Assembly: GCA_013416795.1 (NCBI GenBank)
Contig: RQSC01000019.1
Span: 39,962 to 62,820, forward strand
Direction: 5' to 3'
Source of the DNA: Prasinococcaceae sp. CCMP 1430
Taxonomy: Eukaryota > Plantae > Prasinodermophyta
DNA: 22,859 nucleotides
Under the pieces are notes generated by a model that was not told the origin of the DNA, made no database searches, and saw nothing but the letters and a program-made list of their open reading frames with translations. Positions 9,505 through 16,746 of this stretch are shown here, piece by piece. The first letter of the stretch is position 1; the number at the start of each line of letters is the position of its first letter. The position numbers and the translations under genes are program-made.

Positions 9505-9990
9505 GGCGTGCATGCGTGCGCTTGCGCCATGCCGTGCCGTGCGCCGCGCCTTACAGGGCGTCCGCCGCCGCTGCGCGTTCCCCCCCTCCCCTCCTCCCCC
9601 ACCCACAGGAGGCCGTCGAGTCGGAGGACGACACCGAGGACGCCGAGACCTCCGAGACGGTGGGGACCGTCGAGACTGGCGGGGACGCCGAGGCGCACAC
9701 GCACGCGCGAACGCGGACGCACACACACGCACACACACGCACGAGGGCGGCACCGTCGGAGGCGGAGCCCGGCGCGTCGACGTCCGCGCCCACGCTGCCC
9801 TCGAGGGCGGGCGCGGCGGCCGCGCGCCGCGCGTACGCGCGCGCCAGGGCGAGGGCGCGAGGGCGCGGGTGAGCGGCGCTGTGTGGTGTGTGTGTGCGTG
9901 TGTGTGTGCGCGTGTGTGTTCAATCAGCACGCACACGATACCACGCGACGCGCTTTCACGCACACGCACATCAAAACGCACGCGAAAACC
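7150..9990. repeat. Microsatellite-rich introns and flanks: (GT)15 at 7214-7243, (CA)12 at 8832-8855, (TC)16 at 9461-9492, plus degenerate (CA)/(CACG)/(CG) runs
   Basis: Read directly from the sequence. The runs sit in introns and UTR-side sequence, largely outside the predicted exons. Confidence 0.95.
7508..9872 (+). CDS. Multi-pass membrane protein with DnaJ (J) domain; exons 7508-7633, 7820-8014, 8136-8267, 8496-8684, 8912-9001, 9145-9366, 9609-9872
   Basis: The J-domain reads ENFFDVLRL...VRRAYKRRALACHPDKCGGAPGAAEAFERAREACEAL (HPD intact). Upstream exons encode several hydrophobic helices. Six GT-AG introns, all phase 0, keep one frame; CTGAC branch sites occur at 8105 and 8890. A possible extra 5' exon lies at 7273-7358 and a possible extra exon at 8321-8405. 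The last exon structure is uncertain. TGTAA at 10009. Confidence 0.75.
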
Positions 9991-10008
9991 GTGTGAAAAT
10001 CTCCCGTG

Positions 10009-10013
10009 TGTAA
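10009..10013 (+). terminator. Putative TGTAA polyadenylation signal of the DnaJ gene
   Basis: TGTAA ~135 nt after TGA 9870-9872. Confidence 0.45.
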
Positions 10014-10096
10014 ATATGACCTCAGGTGGAATTCATCAAACGGGCACGCGCGCGCGCGCCCGCGCGCGCCGCGTCGGGCGCCCGCGCCTCGCGGGA

Positions 10097-10511
10097 NNNN
10101 NNNNNNNNNNNNNNNNNNNNNNNNNNNNNNNNNNNNNNNNNNNNNNNNNNNNNNNNNNNNNNNNNNNNNNNNNNNNNNNNNNNNNNNNNNNNNNNNNNNN
10201 NNNNNNNNNNNNNNNNNNNNNNNNNNNNNNNNNNNNNNNNNNNNNNNNNNNNNNNNNNNNNNNNNNNNNNNNNNNNNNNNNNNNNNNNNNNNNNNNNNNN
10301 NNNNNNNNNNNNNNNNNNNNNNNNNNNNNNNNNNNNNNNNNNNNNNNNNNNNNNNNNNNNNNNNNNNNNNNNNNNNNNNNNNNNNNNNNNNNNNNNNNNN
10401 NNNNNNNNNNNNNNNNNNNNNNNNNNNNNNNNNNNNNNNNNNNNNNNNNNNNNNNNNNNNNNNNNNNNNNNNNNNNNNNNNNNNNNNNNNNNNNNNNNNN
10501 NNNNNNNNNNN
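10097..10511. other. Assembly gap (415 N)
   Basis: Run of N. Confidence 1.
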
Positions 10512-10705
10512 GCGCGGCCGCTGCGCGCGGCGTTGACCAGCCGGCGCGAGAGCGCTTGGAGCGACGGCGCCGCGCGGCGCGCGAGCAAGCGAGCGCGCGC
10601 GCCTCCTGGCGTGGTCGGCCCGCCATCGCAAAAGACCATCGGATCGCGGCTGCTGACACGCGCCGTCTCGCGACCCGCCTCACCCATCTGCGCGCGCCGC
10701 ACAGG

Positions 10706-13474
10706 ATGCACCTGCAGCACCAGTATGCAGCGATGGCGCACCATGCGCACCAGCAGCCGGCACTCTACCACCAGCAGCAGCATGCCCACGCTGTGCAAGC
10801 CCAAGTGCAGCGCTACGCGGTGCGTCTGGACGCGATCCCGTCGCGCCCCACTGCCGTCGCCGCAGAGCCCGCTCCGCGCGTCTTGCACTCGCCTAGTGTC
10901 GCGGGCACCTGTGCGCTGACACCCCCGCGGCCGCGCGCCGTCCAGGAGATGTACGATTCCGCGGCGGCGCAGGGCGGCATGCACCCGTACTATGCAGCCG
11001 CGTACTACGCAGCAGCCGCTGGCATGCAGAAGGGCGCCGTCACCTCTGGCGGTGGCAGTGAAAACAGCGGTGGGGAGGATAGAGACGGTCCGCACGCGGC
11101 AGCCGCGGCAGCTGTGGCCGCGGCCGCGGCGGCCGACGCGCAGTACACGGGCAGAGAGAAGAGCGGGCACATGCTCAATGCGAGTGTGGTGGGTGGCGTC
11201 CCCGCGACGACGGCGGCAATGTCCGCGACGCAGGCCCACCAGCGATACGCAAACCCGCAGGCTGCCGCGGCGGCCGTCGCGGCCGCGGCGGCCGCGGCGG
11301 TGACGCAGCAGCACACCCAGCAGCACGCGCGGCAGCACCTGGAGCACACGCACGCCGAAAGCCAGCAGCACCAGCAATCTCAGCACCCTCAGCGCCATCG
11401 GCATAATCCCTACGCACCAATCACAGCAAGCTCGCAGCCACCGTTGCCTCCTGCGGCGAGTCCGCAGGGTAACCCCGACGTGATCATGTTCGGCACAGTG
11501 CCGGCGCCGGCGGCGCACGTAATAGCTGCGGCGGAGGCCGCCGCCAAGCAGGCCGTGCAGGAGCAGCAGGAGAAAGAGAGGCGGGAAAGGAAAACACGAG
11601 AGGCTCAGGGGCAGCAGCGACGCGCTCCTCCCGCCGAGGCAGCACTGCAAGGCGCCCCCTCGGACGGACCGGCGCAGGCGCGGTCGCCGGAGCTTGCGAA
11701 CGCCCCAACTCCGAAGAAGCTGGAGGCGGGCATGGTGAGGATGCCTATGGAGCAGCAGTCGCAACCGCAGCCCCGGTCGCAGTCAAAGCTGCCGCCGGCG
11801 CAGCAGCAGCAGCACCAGCAGCACCAGCACCAGCACCAGCAGCAGATGCAGCAGCGCCAGCCGCCGAGGCAGCAAGGACAGCAACAGGCGCAGCCGAAAC
11901 ACCACCGAGGAGGGCAGAAGCAACGGCCGCACGCGCCGGGAAAGTCGGGGGCATCCGCTGGCGGCCCCGCGAGGCAGGTGGATGGCGTGCGCGGCGCGGC
12001 GCGCAATCCGTCTGCCGCGGCTGTGGAGGCTATCCGGACGAAGCAGCAGCCGCACGCGCCAAGGGCGCCCTCGTCGCGAGATTCCTCGTCGCGGTCGCTC
12101 GACGACGGCGTGGTGACGATCACCAAGGGTGCGGTCGTGGCGACCAGCCTGCCCTGCGGCATGGACAGCATCGATGACACCGCGGAGGTCAATGACGCGA
12201 GCGACTTCGCAGGCGGTGTCATCGTCGACAGGGACGACGGCAAGGCCGTGCAGAGCTTCCGCTCCGGCTCAAAGGCGAAGGTGGGCGGCGGCGCGCGCGG
12301 CGGCCGGCCGGCCACGCGGCGGGCGTCTCCGCAGTCGCCGCTGCCAACGCGCGGCCAAGCTGGCGGCCATTCGTCAGCGTCGCCCGACCCGCGCGAGAGT
12401 GGCAGCAAGCGCGCGCAGCTGGCGGCGCAGCGACAAGGGCTGTCGCCCGGCAAGAACAAAAATCATTCGCCGAAGCCCGCGGCGAAGGCCCCGGCCGCGG
12501 CGAGGCCAGCCGCACGCGCCGCCGCGCGGCCCGCCCCTACAGCCAGGCCAACGCCCAGGGCCGGTGCGTCGTCGGCCAAGGGCGCCGCCGCGGGTACCAC
12601 CGCCGCGGACGCCCCTCCCCGAGAGGGGCCGCCCCTCAAGGCCGCAGGGAAGGGCGTGAGGGCGCCTTCGAGAGCGCCGCCCTCGCCCGCTCGGTCGGCC
12701 GGCGGCAAGGCCGCCGCCTTGAAGCAGGGCCCCGCCGCGACGAAGCCCGCCGCCGCCAGGACTGGAGTCGCGAAGGTGCCCAGGCCCGCGCCAGCATCGG
12801 CGAGGACGAATGCAAAGGCGAAGGCCGACCAGGCGCAGGCGCCGGCGGCGCCCACCGGCGCGTCCGCAACGGCGACGGACGCTGATGCGCCCGTCGAGCG
12901 CCCTGGCACGCCGGAACTCCGCGTGCGCGCGGCTAAGCCGGCCGGCCGCGACGGCGGCATCGGCAGCTTCGAGGGGAAGCCCGCGGCTGACGCGAGGTGC
13001 GGGGGCGCGGCGGGGAGAAAGGGCAGGAGGCCTGGCGGGCCCGGACCCAACAGCCGAACAAGCACGCATCAAAACGCACCTTCGCCCGCGAGTGCAGCAC
13101 ACCCACGCGCGCGCGGGCTCGCTCCGAAGGACGCGGCGGCGGCGGCGGCAGGTGGGCCAGTGGCGCCTGCTCGCGCGTCCCCGCCGCGCCCACACGCGCA
13201 CGCGCGCGCGGGCAAGCCGCAGGCGCGCAAGGGAGACTCATTGTGGGGCGCGCGGCCGCAGTGGCGGCCGCGGCGGCGCCGGCCGCGGCGCGTCGAGGGC
13301 AGTCGAGCCCGCTGCGCCACAGATGGCAGCCTCGTGAGGGCTGCGCGCACGCACACGCGAGCGCGCGCTCCCGACCGTGGACGCAGAGCATTCATCGGAA
13401 TCACGCACGTAATCGCAAGTTACCTCGCACGCGCGTGCACGCGCGGCGCGCAGCGCTGCGCGTGCGCTTATTAG
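10706..13474 (+). CDS. Large Ala/Gln/Pro/His-rich, probably intrinsically disordered protein of unknown function; probable in-frame intron 10820-10945; 3' structure uncertain
   Basis: Long ORF with coding-like GC3. The ATG at 10706 follows a CTGAC...CAG acceptor (10704). The intron has GTGCGT(10820), CTGAC(10916) and CCAG(10945). The protein has poly-Ala and poly-Gln tracts and no recognisable globular domain. Sequence after ~12997 may include further introns. Confidence 0.6.
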   Translation: MHLQHQYAAMAHHAHQQPALYHQQQHAHAVQAQVQRYAVRLDAIPSRPTAVAAEPAPRVLHSPSVAGTCALTPPRPRAVQEMYDSAAAQGGMHPYYAAAYYAAAAGMQKGAVTSGGGSENSGGEDRDGPHAAAAAAVAAAAAADAQYTGREKSGHMLNASVVGGVPATTAAMSATQAHQRYANPQAAAAAVAAAAAAAVTQQHTQQHARQHLEHTHAESQQHQQSQHPQRHRHNPYAPITASSQPPLPPAASPQGNPDVIMFGTVPAPAAHVIAAAEAAAKQAVQEQQEKERRERKTREAQGQQRRAPPAEAALQGAPSDGPAQARSPELANAPTPKKLEAGMVRMPMEQQSQPQPRSQSKLPPAQQQQHQQHQHQHQQQMQQRQPPRQQGQQQAQPKHHRGGQKQRPHAPGKSGASAGGPARQVDGVRGAARNPSAAAVEAIRTKQQPHAPRAPSSRDSSSRSLDDGVVTITKGAVVATSLPCGMDSIDDTAEVNDASDFAGGVIVDRDDGKAVQSFRSGSKAKVGGGARGGRPATRRASPQSPLPTRGQAGGHSSASPDPRESGSKRAQLAAQRQGLSPGKNKNHSPKPAAKAPAAARPAARAAARPAPTARPTPRAGASSAKGAAAGTTAADAPPREGPPLKAAGKGVRAPSRAPPSPARSAGGKAAALKQGPAATKPAAARTGVAKVPRPAPASARTNAKAKADQAQAPAAPTGASATATDADAPVERPGTPELRVRAAKPAGRDGGIGSFEGKPAADARCGGAAGRKGRRPGGPGPNSRTSTHQNAPSPASAAHPRARGLAPKDAAAAAAGGPVAPARASPPRPHAHARAGKPQARKGDSLWGARPQWRPRRRRPRRVEGSRARCATDGSLVRAARTHTRARAPDRGRRAFIGITHVIASYLARACTRGAQRCACAY

Positions 13475-13535
13475 TTGAGCTGGTGGAAGGTCGGCGCCGT
13501 GGGCCGGGGACGGGAGTGGCTCGCTCGGAGCCGCG

Positions 13536-16214
13536 TCACGCCGTCGCAGGCAGTGCGTCGACGTATCGGAGGAAGTCCTCCTCCTCTATGCCGTCGCGGA
13601 TGGAGCGCATCACGCGCTCGAACGTCGACGCGGCGTTGGGCGTGTCCTTGTCGACGCGCGCGCGCATGAAAACCCACTCGTTCTCCTTGTTCGGATCGAG
13701 CGCGCACTCGATGATCTGCCCGACGAAGCTCTCGGGGTCCAGGTCATCTCCGAAGCGCACGGTTGCTCCCTCGACGGCGGGCTCGAGCTCCCCGCCGTAC
13801 TTGCCCGCATCGCGACCCGTGGCCTGCACGTGCAGCGAGTACGCCCCCCTCGGCGAGCGCTTGAGCTTGAAGTCGACCGAGTTCATGCTCGAATATTTCC
13901 ACTTGAGCAAGTCGTAGAACGTGTGCGGCGCGTACGCATCGTCGCGAGGCTGCAGAATGACGCCGTCGCACTCGTGCCCCAGGCCCTTCACCATCTCCTC
14001 GAGCACCCACCTGCTCTTGGACACAGGCCAGAAGTGCTTGCGCCGCACGGCGAAGAGCGCCTTGCCCTCGGCCTCGTAGTCGTGCGGGCAACCGGCCCCT
14101 TGTGCGCGCTCCTTGTTGCGCGGGCCAACGACCTCGTCCTCGATGAGGCGCCAACGCCTGCTGAAGAACGGCAGCCCCACTACGCTCTGTCCGTGCAACG
14201 CCATGATGTCGTAGATGTAGAAGCGGCGGTGGCGCGCCTGTGTCTTTGGGTCAACGTCGACCACCATCTCGCCGTCGAGCAGCGTGCCGTCGTGCACACC
14301 GCCCTTCGGAAAGCGCTTGGAGCGCACGCGCGGCCAGCGCATGTCCACGCGGCGCACATTGAAGGCGCGGTCGATGAGGTACGTGCCGTGGCTGAAGAGC
14401 AGCACCATGTAGCGCGTGCCGTCCGCCTTCCACGTGACGGTGTACGGCTTCTCCTCAAGCTTTCGTTTGTTCTGCGAGTCGAGCGACACGGGCTGCGAGC
14501 CAGGGAAGCGCGGTGAGGGCTCGAGGCCGAGGAGCGTGCACGACGCAGCCTGCATGCGACGCTCAGTTTCCATCGGGACTTGCTCACCGATGATGTCGTC
14601 GTGCTCCATCGGCCGGGCGGGCGGATCCGGCGGCTTGTGATCCTCTTCTGCGCCGTCCCTGCCTGGCGACGCCGGCTTCCACTGGGGCACCGGCGGACAC
14701 AGCAGCGACGCCGAGCGCCTCTCGTGCAACGTGCGGTAGAGCTCGTCGATGTACTCGGGCTTGTATATTCCAGGCGAACGCGCCCTGGCGAAGGCGCGCA
14801 CCACGTCGGAGACCTTGGTGTTCGTGGACATGCGCAGCACCGTGTTCACGATCATGTAGCCCGTGCGGTTGAAGCCGTGCGTGCAGTGCACGAGCACGTG
14901 TCCGACCGGCGGCGGCGGCGGCTTGGGCTGCTCCGGACGAGCGGCTGCGGATACCGTCCCCGCCTGCTCTGCACTGCGCTGCACCTCTTCCCATTTGCGG
15001 ACGGCCATCTGCCACTCCACCTCCTGCGCCTGCATTGCGGCGGTGTGCTCCATGCCCAATATCTCCGTGTACTTGAAGATATGTTCGAAGAACTCGTTCA
15101 CCGCTCGTGGCTCGGGCGCCGCGCCGCGGCCTTTACACGGCACCTTGATGCAGTGCAACGACGCACGCTGCTGCACGGCGATCCTGTCGTAGTAACGCGT
15201 GGTGTTGGTCAGATCGATGATGGCGTCGACCCGCCGGCCCAGCCCGCGCTGCTCAGCGACGAGCCCCTCCGGCGAGTGCTCGCATCCTGAGGGAATGCTG
15301 CCCGCGAAGCGCATGCTGTCGAGCGGCACTTTACATGGTACAATGCGCACGAAAGGACCGCACTGGATAGGTTCGCCATATTTCGGACACTCGAGCCACC
15401 CGCTGGGCAGGCCTGCGGCCGCGGACGGGTCGTGCGCGGAACGCGCAGCCGCTTGGGGCTGCTGCGGGTGCTGCTGCGGTGGCTGTGTGTGCGCCACCTG
15501 CGGCGGCATCTGCTGCGGGTGGGCCGGTTGCCGCGCGTGTTCTGGCACCGCCTCCTCTACAGGCGGGGCCGGTGCCACCGGCCCTGTTGGCGCCGCCGGC
15601 GCATACGCTGCGATCGCCTTCTTCTTCTCGACTGACGCACCAGCGGAGTACGCATTCGCGTACGCGCTGGCGTACGCGCCATCGTCCGGTCGTGGGCGGT
15701 CGGGTCGACCACCTGGCTGCTGCTCGCCCCCCGGAGGAGCCCCCTGCTGCTGATCGTCCGCGTGCGGCTGCTGATGAGGCGCCTGCGCTGCTGGCTGCTG
15801 CGGCAGCTCCTGCGGTGGTGGATCCGGCCCTTTCTGCCCGGCCTGCTCGGCCTCGCGCTTGCGCTTCAGGTTGGCCATGCGTGCGCGCCTGGCAGCGTCG
15901 AGGCTCCCCGCGTGCTGCGCCGCCTCGAAGCTCACCGGCCCGTCGTTGGCTGCAGTGCCACCCCCCACCCTGCGCCTCGCGCCGCTCCTGCCCGGTGCCG
16001 CGTGCGCAGCCGCGGCCTGCGCGGCGGTGGGGGGCGGCGCACCCTCCCTGGCCTGCGGCTGGCCCTGGCCATGCTGCGCCGGCGGCGGCGGGGCGGACGC
16101 GGCGGGAAGCCTAAAGGGCGAGTCGACGGGGGTGCACGCGTACGCCCTGTTCGACGGCCCGAACAGGTCGCGCTCATCCAAATCGGCGGGGTGCGTCTCC
16201 GCTGGCGGCGCCAT
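13536..16214 (-). CDS. RNGTT: Bifunctional mRNA capping enzyme (cysteine-phosphatase-type RNA 5'-triphosphatase + guanylyltransferase), single exon, 892 aa
   Basis: IIDLTNTTRYY and VHCTHGFNRTG (triphosphatase P-loop). Guanylyltransferase motifs FPGSQPVSL, TWKADGTRY (motif I), TLLDGEM, DGVILQP and LLKWK, then an OB-fold ending RARVDKDTPNA. Likely start MAPPAET at 16214; the upstream part of the listed ORF looks non-coding. Confidence 0.95.
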   Translation of the reverse strand: MAPPAETHPADLDERDLFGPSNRAYACTPVDSPFRLPAASAPPPPAQHGQGQPQAREGAPPPTAAQAAAAHAAPGRSGARRRVGGGTAANDGPVSFEAAQHAGSLDAARRARMANLKRKREAEQAGQKGPDPPPQELPQQPAAQAPHQQPHADDQQQGAPPGGEQQPGGRPDRPRPDDGAYASAYANAYSAGASVEKKKAIAAYAPAAPTGPVAPAPPVEEAVPEHARQPAHPQQMPPQVAHTQPPQQHPQQPQAAARSAHDPSAAAGLPSGWLECPKYGEPIQCGPFVRIVPCKVPLDSMRFAGSIPSGCEHSPEGLVAEQRGLGRRVDAIIDLTNTTRYYDRIAVQQRASLHCIKVPCKGRGAAPEPRAVNEFFEHIFKYTEILGMEHTAAMQAQEVEWQMAVRKWEEVQRSAEQAGTVSAAARPEQPKPPPPPVGHVLVHCTHGFNRTGYMIVNTVLRMSTNTKVSDVVRAFARARSPGIYKPEYIDELYRTLHERRSASLLCPPVPQWKPASPGRDGAEEDHKPPDPPARPMEHDDIIGEQVPMETERRMQAASCTLLGLEPSPRFPGSQPVSLDSQNKRKLEEKPYTVTWKADGTRYMVLLFSHGTYLIDRAFNVRRVDMRWPRVRSKRFPKGGVHDGTLLDGEMVVDVDPKTQARHRRFYIYDIMALHGQSVVGLPFFSRRWRLIEDEVVGPRNKERAQGAGCPHDYEAEGKALFAVRRKHFWPVSKSRWVLEEMVKGLGHECDGVILQPRDDAYAPHTFYDLLKWKYSSMNSVDFKLKRSPRGAYSLHVQATGRDAGKYGGELEPAVEGATVRFGDDLDPESFVGQIIECALDPNKENEWVFMRARVDKDTPNAASTFERVMRSIRDGIEEEDFLRYVDALPATA

Positions 16215-16537
16215 CACGCCCCACTTCCCCCCGCCCCCCCGGGGGCACGCCCCGCACCGGTCGCGCGCTTTCGCGCCTCGGCGCCGCAGCGCCGCGTGCC
16301 CGCGCGCGCGTACGAGCAAGCCGTGCGCGTGCCTTTTCACGCACGCTTCGCCGGACTTCGATTCGACCGCGCAAAGCGCGTCGGCGCACGAGCGCGCGGC
16401 ACGGCGGGCACGCGGCCAGGATGGTCCCACCGTTGATGTCGTTGTGGAAGCGAACGACATCGCCGCGGGCTGCCACGACGGGCGCCGGTGCTTCGGCACA
16501 TGCGCCGTGGGCGGCCGGCACCGGAAGCTGCGAGGTG

Positions 16538-16745
16538 ATGGAAGCAGATGCCTCTTCGCAAGTGCGTGCAGGCTGTGCGATGGGTGGCAGTGACGCCGGA
16601 CGCAGCGGGCCGCCCGCCTTTGACTTCGCTGCTCTCCCTTCGGACGTGCAGCAAGAGGTGGCGCGTGCCCTTGACAATATTTCCGACGTCGCGTCGCTTG
16701 AGCTCAGCGGACGTGGGTGCCGCGCCGCCGTGCGTGAGTCCGGCA
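16538..16745 (+). CDS. F-box-like protein, N-terminal fragment truncated at the assembly junction
   Basis: ATG at 16538, then FDFAALPSDVQQEVARALDNISDVASLELSGRGCRAAV, which fits the F-box pattern LP-x-E/D-x3-I/V-x3-L...C/W-R. It is short, so the call is tentative. Confidence 0.45.
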
Positions 16746-16746
16746 N
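16746..16746. other. Single-N assembly junction
   Basis: Joins the F-box-like fragment to the 5'-truncated DHX37 exon. Confidence 0.9.

Noticed and set aside
7061-9981. Long minus-strand and alternative-frame ORFs rich in CV/HT/RA repeats
   Set aside because: These are translations of (CA)n/(CG)n microsatellites; stop codons are rare at this GC content.
9386-10705. N-terminal part of the 1362-aa ORF
   Set aside because: It is made of intron microsatellites and the 415-N gap; it is an ORF-calling artifact.
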